Part shown: positions 8,981-17,106 of the stretch, piece after piece
How positions within the stretch are numbered: position 1 is the stretch's first letter
Layout of the letters: the number at the start of each line of letters is the position of its first letter
Source: a virus
Taxonomy: Duplodnaviria > Caudoviricetes
DNA length: 41,947 bases
IMG/VR virus record: IMGVR_UViG_3300024254_000015
Span: 1 to 41,947 of that record
Reading direction: 5' to 3' (one strand)
The notes under the pieces: model-generated
Database searches by the model: none
What the model was told of the DNA's origin: nothing
What the model saw: the letters and a program-made list of their open reading frames with translations, nothing else
Made by a program: the position numbers and the translations under genes

Positions 8981-9074
8981 CACGGATACCAGCCTGCTAA
9001 TTGTCGGGCTGGGTCGATGGGGGCTATGTCTGGAAGCGAAGTTCGACGCATTGGCGGGGTTCTTTGCAAAGTGA
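8790..9074 (+). CDS. Outer-membrane spanin lipoprotein (Rz1-like); exact start uncertain
   Basis: +1 frame overlapping Rz; lipobox LLLMGC followed by a Pro/Cys-containing short domain. Confidence 0.7.
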   Translation: MARLSRLSNASWRLRLRPAAGLLSGLLLMGCGNSLTAVASRPDPSLLNRQECRRPLVPSGTLNDTDTSLLIVGLGRWGLCLEAKFDALAGFFAK

Positions 9075-9113
9075 GTATGTCCTGATCATCTGGGCGGTGC
9101 TGGGCTGTGCGTT

Positions 9114-9686
9114 CTACCTGTACCTGCGCCTGAAATAGTCGCTGATAGAATTAACTCCATCGGCCCCGCCTACCGAGGCCCCTGACGAGCCTGCGGCGCC
9201 TCCAGAACCATCGGCACCTGCTGCGCCTGAAGCTCCTCCTGCACCACCTGAAGCACCAGATCCTCCACCACCTGAGCCGGCAGACCCGCCACCGCTGCCG
9301 CCCGAGCTGCTACCCGAACCGCCTCCCGCAGAGCCGCCGCCGCCACCACTGCCGCCACCGCCCGATCCCGATCCAGATCCATTGCCGCCTCCCGGTCCAC
9401 CGTTGCCGTCGCTGTTACCGGCCCCACCTGAGTTGCCAGTGCTGCTGCCTCCGCCCGCGCCGGGGCCACCATCAGAACCACTATTCCCACCACTGCCAGC
9501 AGCACCGCCAGAAGAACCAGAGGCTCCCGAGCCACCCCCACCAGCACCGCCAGAACCAGAGCCGCCAGAACCAGCCCCCCCGCTACCTCCAGAGCCACCA
9601 CCAGAACCCCCACCACCGCCTCCCTTAGCCAGAGCCAGATTGAACGAGAACAGGGCGAGCGCGAGAACCGTCAGGAATGTTTTCAT
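9114..9686 (-). CDS. Secreted Gly/Ser-rich low-complexity protein
   Basis: Classical signal peptide MKTFLTVLALALFSFNLALA, then ~150 aa almost entirely G/S/A/N/D, and a basic tail DYFRRRYR. Confidence 0.7.
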   Translation of the reverse strand: MKTFLTVLALALFSFNLALAKGGGGGGSGGGSGGSGGAGSGGSGSGGAGGGGSGASGSSGGAAGSGGNSGSDGGPGAGGGSSTGNSGGAGNSDGNGGPGGGNGSGSGSGGGGSGGGGGSAGGGSGSSSGGSGGGSAGSGGGGSGASGGAGGASGAAGADGSGGAAGSSGASVGGADGVNSISDYFRRRYR

Positions 9687-9741
9687 GTCCGATGCAGTAG
9701 CATGACCATGAGGCTCGGCATGTGATGGCGGTCACAGTTGC

Positions 9742-10323
9742 TCACCATAACTGCGTGCCATTTGTCACACTCGCCGCCCCACCGATGCGCAGCGAGCCGG
9801 GGGGCAGTGTCGGGTCTTGCAGATGCCCCGCAAGGCCGATGGCGGGTGTCCCGGAGATGTAGGCCGAGGCGCTCGGCGCAGGCTGCCACACACCATTGAT
9901 CAGCGCTTGAGCGTCGGTGAACAGTCCTATCTCGGGGCCAGAGGCGAACTCATTGGTCAGCAGGAAGTCTCCATCGCCAGTATCGCTGCCGATGCCGTAC
10001 CCGCCGATCTTCCTGCCATCGACGAGGAATCCCCAACTGCCATGGCCGCCCTGCAGGCTGATCTCGAAGACGTGCGTTCCCTGCGATACGTCCTGTGTCT
10101 TTTGGCTCGAACTCTTGAAGGACTTGAGAAGGGTTGGCCCGTTCAGGTTCCATACTTGATAGAACCAGCCGACATTGAAGAATCCGACCTGTGCCCACAG
10201 ACTGTTGGGAAAACTCTGGCTGATCCAGAACGTCCCCGGCTGCGGATTGCCGAGCGCATTGAAGGTGGCGCGAACGCCCTTGTTGGCACCGCAGTGGGCG
10301 TAGGCTCCGTTGTAGGTCACCAT
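9742..10323 (-). CDS. Beta-rich hypothetical protein, possible glutamic-peptidase (G1/neprosin-like) fold
   Basis: FWISQ..LWAQVGF, WGFLVDG and LTNE pattern; overlaps the stop of the upstream lipoprotein gene. Confidence 0.45.
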   Translation of the reverse strand: MVTYNGAYAHCGANKGVRATFNALGNPQPGTFWISQSFPNSLWAQVGFFNVGWFYQVWNLNGPTLLKSFKSSSQKTQDVSQGTHVFEISLQGGHGSWGFLVDGRKIGGYGIGSDTGDGDFLLTNEFASGPEIGLFTDAQALINGVWQPAPSASAYISGTPAIGLAGHLQDPTLPPGSLRIGGAASVTNGTQLW

Positions 10324-10667
10324 TTGAACACTCCCCTCGGCCCATTGCCGTTATAGTTCTTGTTGGTCCGCACCACCTGGTAGCGGTCGCCAAAGGCATC
10401 GACATAGCTCGGGGCCGTGTTGGTGTGGGTCATGCCATTGATGTGATCGCATTCATGCTTGGCGATCCATGGCTCCTTGGCGGTGCCGCGCCATCGCTCG
10501 TTGATGACGATCAATCCTAGTCCATTGCCGGTGGTCATTGCTCTACCATCGGGGGCGTTGGGGTCGGGATCGTAGACCATGTTCTCCCGGCAGTAGGGCG
10601 TGAGGCTTTCCATGGTCGGGGCCTGGACGCAGCCGCCAAGCAGCAACGCAATTAGCAATCGTTTCAT
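10317..10667 (-). CDS. Lipoprotein with metzincin-type zinc-metalloprotease motif
   Basis: AAGGAG RBS, MKRLLIALLLGGC lipobox, HECDHINGMTH = HExxHxxGxxH. Confidence 0.7.
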   Translation of the reverse strand: MKRLLIALLLGGCVQAPTMESLTPYCRENMVYDPDPNAPDGRAMTTGNGLGLIVINERWRGTAKEPWIAKHECDHINGMTHTNTAPSYVDAFGDRYQVVRTNKNYNGNGPRGVFKW

Positions 10668-10933
10668 GTCTTGTCTCCTTGGGCATCCTTGAGGGCGGCG
10701 CGGCGGGCGTCTTTCATCCTTGCCAATACTGAGGGATGATCGCCCAAGCATTCGCCATCGTGTTCAATGCACCAGTTGAGCATTGTCAGCAGGCGTTTGT
10801 TGCTGGCGCGCAGGCGCTCCAACTCGTCGGCGGCTTCACGCATCCATGCAATAAGCGTCGGCAGCTTGCCATCAGCCTGAGCCCCACGAACGGCTCGCAA
10901 CCGTTCCACCAGATCGGCTTGTGTGTCCGTCAT
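10664..10933 (-). CDS. Hypothetical early protein
   Basis: DLVERLR..MREAADELERLR motif common in small phage early proteins; coupled. Confidence 0.65.
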   Translation of the reverse strand: MTDTQADLVERLRAVRGAQADGKLPTLIAWMREAADELERLRASNKRLLTMLNWCIEHDGECLGDHPSVLARMKDARRAALKDAQGDKT

Positions 10934-11349
10934 CTGCGCTCCCCTACAGCAGGATTAGAGGTGGAAGATGTGGCTCGTTCGCTTTGCTCACTCCGCACCT
11001 GTTCCGCTCCTGCAACGGTATTCGCCGCCGCATTGGCAAACGTTTCTGCAAATATCTCGCGCACGATGTCCCACGCCTCGTTGAAGCCGGTGATTGAGTC
11101 ATCGTAGTCTGGCTTCATCTCACTGAGGTAATCGTTGAGGCGGTAGTCCATCCGTTGCTTGAGAAAATGTGCCGTCGCCAGCATCGTCAGGACCTCTCGC
11201 GGCAGGTTCAGAAAGATGTCGAGGTGCTTGGCGGCGTCTTCGGTGACGCGGGCGATTTCCTCGGGCGAGATTTTATCGAACAGGATGTTGCCGCTCAGAT
11301 TATGCAGCTTAGTCCATGCCGCACGGGCGGCGGTATAATTGACTGCCAT
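10930..11349 (-). CDS. Hypothetical early protein
   Basis: GGAG RBS; coupled 139-aa ORF. Confidence 0.6.
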   Translation of the reverse strand: MAVNYTAARAAWTKLHNLSGNILFDKISPEEIARVTEDAAKHLDIFLNLPREVLTMLATAHFLKQRMDYRLNDYLSEMKPDYDDSITGFNEAWDIVREIFAETFANAAANTVAGAEQVRSEQSERATSSTSNPAVGERR

Positions 11350-11412
11350 TACGCACTCCTGCCTGTTGCCGGTGGCGATGGGGGCGCAGCCCGTCTTACG
11401 GGCGAGCCACTA

Positions 11413-11862
11413 CTACTCATTGGGTGTCTCCTTCCGTGCCGCGAGAGCGCGGTACTTGTGCCAGAGTCGGTCCAGCGCGGATCGGTTCCAGCCTTTGAGC
11501 GCGGGGCCTTCCATTAAGGCATCTACCATCGCGCAATCCAACCACTCCTCGATGATGGCCTCTCGTTGCTGGAGCAGGGCGCGTGCGACAATGGCGATCA
11601 ATTCGTCAGTGGTGACCAGCATTGCTTCGGGCCAGTCATCGGGACTAGTGCGATCCGGTAATTCAGCAACTTCCTGCGCGATCCGCTGCGCTGCTTCCAT
11701 CGCCTCTGTGTCTGCGCCGGGACGCGGTTCTGAGCGCGCACGATAATCCTGCAATTCCTTCAATGCGCGAAGGCAGATGTCTCCGTCGATCTCGCCATTC
11801 ATGCTCAACAATGCGCTGATCTGATTTCGGATTTCGGCGCCCGTCAGTGTGTCTGCTGTCAT
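11413..11862 (-). CDS. Hypothetical early protein
   Basis: ELPDRTSPDDWPEAMLVT segment; ATGA coupling. Confidence 0.6.
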   Translation of the reverse strand: MTADTLTGAEIRNQISALLSMNGEIDGDICLRALKELQDYRARSEPRPGADTEAMEAAQRIAQEVAELPDRTSPDDWPEAMLVTTDELIAIVARALLQQREAIIEEWLDCAMVDALMEGPALKGWNRSALDRLWHKYRALAARKETPNE

Positions 11863-12101
11863 GTCCTGCTCCCGGTAGGAGGGTTCGCTTCGCCTCGCGT
11901 ATCGCCGCCCGTGGTTTTCTGCCAGACCCGAATTGCAGCGAGTATTCCCGCATGGGCCGCCTCCGTGTAGAGCGCGCGGTCAATGCTGTTGGGGAGTAAG
12001 TCTTTCCAGCATTCGTCAAAAATGCGCTCGTAGATTGCTTCCGCAGCGGCGTTGATGATTTCAGCGGATATTGCGTCGCGAGGCGAAGCGAACTCACTCA
12101 T
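11859..12101 (-). CDS. Hypothetical early protein
   Basis: GGAGG RBS; ATGA coupling. Confidence 0.6.
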   Translation of the reverse strand: MSEFASPRDAISAEIINAAAEAIYERIFDECWKDLLPNSIDRALYTEAAHAGILAAIRVWQKTTGGDTRGEANPPTGSRT

Positions 12102-12790
12102 GTATCCTCCCGCAGTTGCTCTACCCCTGATGTGGCTACGCGCGGATTACCGCTACCGCACCCATCTCGTTCGGCATCAGGCATCCTCGCCGCTCTAGCG
12201 ATGCCGATGAGAAGATCCCTAAACAGAGGTGGGCTGGCTGCGCGCTCAACGTCTGGGAGTTGTGGAAGCTGATTCTTGCCGAAGCGCCCGATCTGGTGGC
12301 TGCCGCGAACACTGCGCCAATCCAACTCTGGAGGCGGAGCACCACGATACAGCAGCCATGTGCGCTTCTTGGCGCGGTGGCCATAAGCGGCTTGGTCAAC
12401 TTCCGTCACCCAATCACCGTCCAATGTCAGTTGCCATCCCCGTGCCGTTGGTTCCGGTATCCGGTGAAAGCGGAAAGCTCGAGATTCGGCAGGATGCTCG
12501 AGAACGCCCCCGAACCGACGCACGGCAGACAAGGCAGATGCGAAGCACCCATCGTCCTCGTTGATCCTCCAGCCCCAGCGCTTATGATTGACCGCGCTCA
12601 GTAGATGCCAACGATCACAAGGCGGATGCGCGACAACAGGATACGGGCCGCCGTATTGCCGAGCATCGCGCGCTTCATCCCACGGATCGACGCCATCCAG
12701 ACCGAAGTAACAGCCGCCCGTCCGAACATAGAGCGCCGCTATCGTTGCAGGACGAGATGGGTGCGAGCGCAGCGAGCCACTACTTGTCAT
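12098..12790 (-). CDS. DNA-cytosine (C5) methyltransferase-like protein, atypical
   Basis: VVAHPPC (motif IV PC), VLEHP (motif VI-like), Q..YGH.AKKRTWL (motif VIII-like); motif I not canonical. Confidence 0.6.
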   Translation of the reverse strand: MTSSGSLRSHPSRPATIAALYVRTGGCYFGLDGVDPWDEARDARQYGGPYPVVAHPPCDRWHLLSAVNHKRWGWRINEDDGCFASALSAVRRFGGVLEHPAESRAFRFHRIPEPTARGWQLTLDGDWVTEVDQAAYGHRAKKRTWLLYRGAPPPELDWRSVRGSHQIGRFGKNQLPQLPDVERAASPPLFRDLLIGIARAARMPDAERDGCGSGNPRVATSGVEQLREDT

Positions 12791-13157
12791 GCTGCAGTTG
12801 CTCTATGGCTTGGCGACCCTCTTTCGAGAAGGCGGCTATCCAGGCGGCGGGGTCGATGCCAGAGAGCCTCCATAATGTTCGCTCGTTGCCGTCCATGGCT
12901 TTGTGATGAGTCCTGCAGAGAGGAACGCAGAACCAATCGTGACGTGGTAGCAATCCAGACGGCTTTAATTTCCGACAATGGTGGGGTTCGCTTGGAGTGC
13001 CGTCACAGAGATAGTGAAATTGAGCAAATAGACACCGTTGCTCGCAAACACGCATCCGATAAGCCTTTGACTGCCACGGTTTCTTGCTCACCGCCGACTT
13101 GCCAAGCCTCTTTGGGATAGAGGGGGTAGAGGGGCGTTTCTTCTTCTTTAGGTTCAT
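12780..13157 (-). CDS. DUF968-like zinc-binding HNH-type nuclease
   Basis: C..C..EPHH..HDWFCVPLCRTHH pattern. Confidence 0.65.
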   Translation of the reverse strand: MNLKKKKRPSTPSIPKRLGKSAVSKKPWQSKAYRMRVCEQRCLFAQFHYLCDGTPSEPHHCRKLKPSGLLPRHDWFCVPLCRTHHKAMDGNERTLWRLSGIDPAAWIAAFSKEGRQAIEQLQHDK

Positions 13158-13690
13158 TTGATCTCTGCCCGCCGATGATCCCTAATACCAATGGGACCGC
13201 CGACATGCCGCCATTTGCGACCGTGTTTAATGTCACTCACATGCTGAAAGGAAAGGCCATAGCCATCTGCGATTTCTTGGAGCCGCCTGTTGTCATGGCG
13301 AATTGCCAAGACGGTTCCCTCATCAATGCGAGCGGCTCCATTGCTTTCGCCAAAGGCAACACGCCGTCGTCCCTTGATAACCATGTCGGCGTTATTATCA
13401 GCGGCCGTGCCCAGAAAAAGGTGATCTGGATTGACACAAGGCTTCATATCGCAACGATGACAAACGTATAGCCCCGCCGGGATCGGACCTGTGAATGCTT
13501 CAAAAGCAAAGCGATGAGCGCCCACTATTTTGGCTTTTCCATTTTCGCTGACGGTCAGCCGTCCATAGCCATTGTGAGCAAGCGTTCCCATCCAGAGCCA
13601 GCAGCCGCTATTGGGCTCAGGAATTGACCACCACAAAATCCGCTTTTGGGGAGACAGGAATTTTGGCGTTGGTTTCGGCCAGTGGTTCAC
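13154..13690 (-). CDS. HNH homing endonuclease
   Basis: GCWLW..GYG..AHR..VCHRCDMKPCVNPDHLFLGT..DN..DM..KGR, plus C-terminal HTH-like DNA-binding region. Confidence 0.9.
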   Translation of the reverse strand: MNHWPKPTPKFLSPQKRILWWSIPEPNSGCWLWMGTLAHNGYGRLTVSENGKAKIVGAHRFAFEAFTGPIPAGLYVCHRCDMKPCVNPDHLFLGTAADNNADMVIKGRRRVAFGESNGAARIDEGTVLAIRHDNRRLQEIADGYGLSFQHVSDIKHGRKWRHVGGPIGIRDHRRAEIK

Positions 13691-14025
13691 TTTAGTTGCA
13701 TCTCCGCACGTCTCGTAGATTCTGCACTCCGAATGAACTCTCCCATGGCTTTGGCTCCGTCATATCGGACCTTGGCGAGGTTGGCGACACGGCGGGCGTC
13801 CACCATGGCTTTGATATGCTCCTCAAACCGCATATCTGCCTTGGCAAGGGCTTCGGCCTTCCAGGCGGGTTCGTGAAGGTGTTCCTTGACCAACTTCGCC
13901 AGCAGTGTTCCCTTGGTCTCCTCAAGTAGGTCTGCAGCATGGTTCGCATCGGCCCACAGTTCGCCCCTGGACACGATGGAGGCTGCCAGCCTAGCCGGAT
14001 CGCGCAGGGGGTCCGAATCGCTCAT
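13687..14025 (-). CDS. Helical hypothetical protein, possible recombination mediator
   Basis: Coiled 112 aa directly downstream of the annealing-protein candidate. Confidence 0.5.
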   Translation of the reverse strand: MSDSDPLRDPARLAASIVSRGELWADANHAADLLEETKGTLLAKLVKEHLHEPAWKAEALAKADMRFEEHIKAMVDARRVANLAKVRYDGAKAMGEFIRSAESTRRAEMQLK

Positions 14026-14029
14026 ACGG

Positions 14030-14803
14030 TCACGCTAGGGCGTTCTCATGGGCCTGGGTGACCCTTTGGAACTGCTCCGGGGCGTGGGTCTCCAGCCAAG
14101 CAAGGGGAGATACCCTTGACCCCTTGGGAGCCTTCCAGTTGTCGGTCCAAAGCTGGCGAGCGCCTTCCTTGTCGGCCGCGTTGAGGGCTTGGATGAGTTT
14201 GTCGGCCAAGTCCTTGCCCTTTGCGTCCTTGTTCACGTCATAGGTGGACTTGGTATCCTTGGCCAAGCCATCCCTGACAGCTTCGGCTGCCCAATCCTCC
14301 TCGGGCTGATTCCCAGGCAGGCCCATCATCTCCTCGGCGGGGGTAGTCGAAAGGTTCTTGTCGATCATCACCACGACATGAGCGAAGGCCGACCGGCAAG
14401 CTCGTGAAATCGCCCGCGTCTGAGCCATCGCCCGGATAGCGTAGTCGGGCCGCTTCTGGTGAAGCTTCTTCTTGCCCCAGCGGTCGGTCGCTTCCCCGCC
14501 AAACCAGACAGGCTCATCCATGCCGACAAAGCCCTCAGCCTCGGCAATCACTGCCCCGTTATCCATGCGGCGGACCTGTCCCGTGGCCCTGAAACCATCC
14601 TCGGTGCGCTCGACGTGGCCAGCCGATGCCGCGCAGCCATGGGCAATAGCAATAGCCTGCCAGCCCTCGACCTTGACGTACTTGCGGCCCTGGATCTCAA
14701 CGGCGGTTTGCAGAACGATGGCCTTGGAGAGCCCCGCCGCGTCGGTGGATAGCCGATAGGTGGCGGCCCCGGATTCGGGGATGGTCGTCAGTTCGTTACT
14801 CAT
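14030..14803 (-). CDS. Single-strand annealing/recombination protein (RecT/Rad52-superfamily-like)
   Basis: IQGRKYVKVEGW..AMAQTRAISRACR..TTPAEEM pattern; GGAGG RBS before MSNELTT. Confidence 0.6.
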   Translation of the reverse strand: MSNELTTIPESGAATYRLSTDAAGLSKAIVLQTAVEIQGRKYVKVEGWQAIAIAHGCAASAGHVERTEDGFRATGQVRRMDNGAVIAEAEGFVGMDEPVWFGGEATDRWGKKKLHQKRPDYAIRAMAQTRAISRACRSAFAHVVVMIDKNLSTTPAEEMMGLPGNQPEEDWAAEAVRDGLAKDTKSTYDVNKDAKGKDLADKLIQALNAADKEGARQLWTDNWKAPKGSRVSPLAWLETHAPEQFQRVTQAHENALA

Positions 14804-14963
14804 CCAGATCCTCCAGCAGCAATTGCAGATCCTTGATGGCGGCTTCCTCGGTTTCACCCCAGCCACAAATGCGGGTTTCCTCGTCGCTGTCTTCGATGTA
14901 GGCGCACCAGTCGAAGTTGCGCATCGGGATCGGCGGGTACATGTGTTCGGTGACGATCTTCAT
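14796..14963 (-). CDS. 55-aa hypothetical protein (MKIVTEHMYPPIPMRNFDW..GWGETEEAAIKDL)
   Basis: Read from the sequence; overlaps neighbours at both ends. Confidence 0.55.
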   Translation of the reverse strand: MKIVTEHMYPPIPMRNFDWCAYIEDSDEETRICGWGETEEAAIKDLQLLLEDLDE

Positions 14964-15124
14964 TGGGGTTCCCATTGATAAAATTCCATCTCCGCTTCCA
15001 ATTCTTCTTCCTCATCGAGGCATTCTTCGCAGGGGCCAGAACGGTCACTGACCGCGCCGCACTTCGGGCAGCAGTAGCCGCCCATGTCCCACGGAGGGGT
15101 CGTCTTCCACTGGTCGTAGGTCAT
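14960..15124 (-). CDS. 54-aa zinc-ribbon protein (MTYDQWKTTPP..CPKCG..CEEC)
   Basis: Two CxxC pairs; ATGA coupling at both ends. Confidence 0.55.
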   Translation of the reverse strand: MTYDQWKTTPPWDMGGYCCPKCGAVSDRSGPCEECLDEEEELEAEMEFYQWEPQ

Positions 15125-15438
15125 GTCACACCCGACCAGTCTTCCTCATCCTTGGGCTGCAGCCGACACACCTGCATGTCGCGCAGCAAGTCCAACTCCT
15201 TGGCGGCAAGGTCCATCTGCAAAATCACCAAAGCGCGGACATCGAGAATTACCCGCATCTCCTCGGCGGTGGTGCGTTTGCGTTGATCCTGCCATCTGAC
15301 GATGGCATCAAACATGTCTCCGCAGGCGCGGTACTTGCTATAGGCCTCGGCCAAGGCAACGGCGTGCTGCTCATCGGTCTTGGCGGCGATGCGCTCGCGG
15401 TGGGCGTCGTACCAGTGCGGTTCTGTGAATTTACCCAT
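15121..15438 (-). CDS. Hypothetical protein
   Basis: Start reassigned to MGKFTEPHW, just after the upstream stop. Confidence 0.55.
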   Translation of the reverse strand: MGKFTEPHWYDAHRERIAAKTDEQHAVALAEAYSKYRACGDMFDAIVRWQDQRKRTTAEEMRVILDVRALVILQMDLAAKELDLLRDMQVCRLQPKDEEDWSGVT

Positions 15439-15443
15439 GATGC

Positions 15444-15671
15444 TCACCACCGGATGATAGCTGCTGCGATGAAAACCAGAACGCCCACCACCACAAATCC
15501 TGCAGCGATGATGGCTCCCATGCCGAGCAGCCAATCCTCCATGCGGACGGAGGCGGGCGTGTCGGTGCGGGGGATGATGGAACCGCTGGCGATGCAATTC
15601 TTGATGAACGTCTTGTTCTCGAAGGGGTTATCGACGGCGAGCGCCACCCGATCTGCCTGTTCCCTGCTCAT
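15444..15671 (-). CDS. Small membrane protein
   Basis: GGAGG RBS; C-terminal TM helix. Confidence 0.6.
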   Translation of the reverse strand: MSREQADRVALAVDNPFENKTFIKNCIASGSIIPRTDTPASVRMEDWLLGMGAIIAAGFVVVGVLVFIAAAIIRW

Positions 15672-15910
15672 GCTATCCTCCAAACCCGCACGCGTGTAGT
15701 TTTGCCCTCGCGTTCCACAGCGCTGCGAAATTTCTTCGGCTTGTGATTGCGCGTTGATGCCATGACGTTGATTTGCTTCCGATGCACAGTGTCATCCGTA
15801 CAAGGAATGGTGAAGGATTCGCCCACCTTCATCGTCGTGAAGGGGTACTTGTAGCCCTCCCGGCGAGGATTGGCGGGAAACGGGATGCCGCGTTCAATCT
15901 TGAATGTCAT
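15668..15910 (-). CDS. Small basic putative DNA-binding protein, first gene of the leftward operon
   Basis: FKIERGIPFP..KYPF..MKVGESF..VRVWR pattern recurrent in phage early regions; probably leaderless. Confidence 0.65.
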   Translation of the reverse strand: MTFKIERGIPFPANPRREGYKYPFTTMKVGESFTIPCTDDTVHRKQINVMASTRNHKPKKFRSAVEREGKTTRVRVWRIA

Positions 15911-15917
15911 GCTTGCA

Positions 15918-15956
15918 AAGTTATGCTTGACAGTTTCCCACGTCAAGCGCTAAATT
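15918..15956. promoter_or_regulatory. Overlapping divergent early promoters with an inverted repeat
   Basis: + TTGACA 15927-32, 18 bp, TAAATT 15951-56; - TTGACG 15946-41, 17 bp, TAACTT 15923-18; GCTTGAC-N10-GTCAAGC palindrome 15925-15948. Confidence 0.7.
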
Positions 15957-16068
15957 TATTACATGATAAATGAGATGGTCCCGCTGGTCCCCCAAACGCC
16001 AGCGAGATCGGGCGGGTCTGGATTGTCTCCCCCGAGCCCCGGACCCGCCCACTAATTCAGGAGATGGC

Positions 16069-16287
16069 ATGAGCTTTCACAAAACCAAACGGACTATGAC
16101 CTTGGGTTCGAGGGCGGGCTGGTATGGGCAGCTCAAGTCACCACGGGTGTCGATTTCTTGGCCGCCCGAATTGCTGAAGAAGATCGCCCTCGAAGCCTAC
16201 TTGGCGGGCATTCCCTTCGCAGAGGTTGTGCGCCGGCGGATGCGGGCGTCGTATCTGGTGCCGGTCAGGCAGGCCAAGAGGCAATAA
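16069..16287 (+). CDS. Arc/ribbon-helix-helix-like regulator
   Basis: AGGAG RBS; RVSISWPPELLKKIALEA..IPFAEVVRR fits the RHH pattern. Confidence 0.6.
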   Translation: MSFHKTKRTMTLGSRAGWYGQLKSPRVSISWPPELLKKIALEAYLAGIPFAEVVRRRMRASYLVPVRQAKRQ

Positions 16288-16427
16288 TGACGAGGCGGGA
16301 ACTGCGCAAAGCCTTCAACCATGCCTTTGCCTGCTGGCTGAAATACCGGACCCGCAAGTGGGAGGCGGAATTGAAGCGTCTAAACTTGGCCTTGATGCAG
16401 TTGAGCGTGAAAGAGGCTCAGCAATGA
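16287..16427 (+). CDS. Hypothetical protein (MTRRELRKAF..)
   Basis: TAATG coupling. Confidence 0.5.
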   Translation: MTRRELRKAFNHAFACWLKYRTRKWEAELKRLNLALMQLSVKEAQQ

Positions 16428-16660
16428 AGATGTTTGAAGGACTGCCCTGCGAACGATTGGACTGCCGACTCGCTACGTCCGGCTATCACTCGACGTTGCT
16501 ATATCAGGGTCCAACTTTTGACCGGCATGGCAATGCCGTGCCGATGGAAAATCCTAACACGCGATGGCAATCGGTGTCTTGTGCAAAGTGCGGGAAACGC
16601 TGGCAGGTCTGCTACAAAGGCAATGATGCGCCGATCTGGACAGAGACCAAGCAGCCATGA
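16424..16660 (+). CDS. Zinc-ribbon hypothetical protein
   Basis: ATGA coupling; C..C and CAKC. Confidence 0.55.
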   Translation: MKMFEGLPCERLDCRLATSGYHSTLLYQGPTFDRHGNAVPMENPNTRWQSVSCAKCGKRWQVCYKGNDAPIWTETKQP

Positions 16661-17022
16661 CCCAAACGATTGCCGAATGGCGCGCTGCCGTGAAGAAAAA
16701 GCCCAAGTACGGCAACCGCAAGGTGGTGAAGAACGGCGAGACGTTTGACAGCGTGCGCGAGTACGAGCGCCATCTGGTGTTGCTCGACATGCAGAAGCGG
16801 GGGGAGATCAGCGATCTGGAGCGCCAGCCCCGCATTGAACTGCGCGTCAACTTCGTTCCGATCTGCGTCTATGTTGGTGATTGGCGCTATTGGGAGGTTC
16901 GCAAGGGTCGTGGCGGATCGCTCGTAATCGAGGACTGCAAGGGCTTCCAGACGCCCGAGTTCAAGCTGAAGTGGAAGCTCTGCAAGGCGCTCTATCCCGA
17001 GATAGACTGGCGGCTGTCATGA
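16657..17022 (+). CDS. DUF1064-family PD-(D/E)XK nuclease
   Basis: KYGNRK..FDS.RE..ISDLERQP..YVGDW..IEDCKG..TPEFKLK. Confidence 0.85.
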   Translation: MTQTIAEWRAAVKKKPKYGNRKVVKNGETFDSVREYERHLVLLDMQKRGEISDLERQPRIELRVNFVPICVYVGDWRYWEVRKGRGGSLVIEDCKGFQTPEFKLKWKLCKALYPEIDWRLS

Positions 17023-17106
17023 TCCCCCAAAAGGTCGGCAGATACGGTGCCAGCGCGCCCCGCGAGGGGTATCCACTAATGAATGTCTCTGGGGAAAGGT
17101 TGCAAC

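Noticed and set aside
9382-9705. Pro-rich + strand ORF
   Set aside because: Antisense shadow of the Gly-rich gene, which has the signal peptide and fits the operon direction
13154-13690. HNH endonuclease as part of a group I intron or intein
   Set aside because: It is a free-standing ORF overlapping intact neighbours by ATGA; no split host gene is visible
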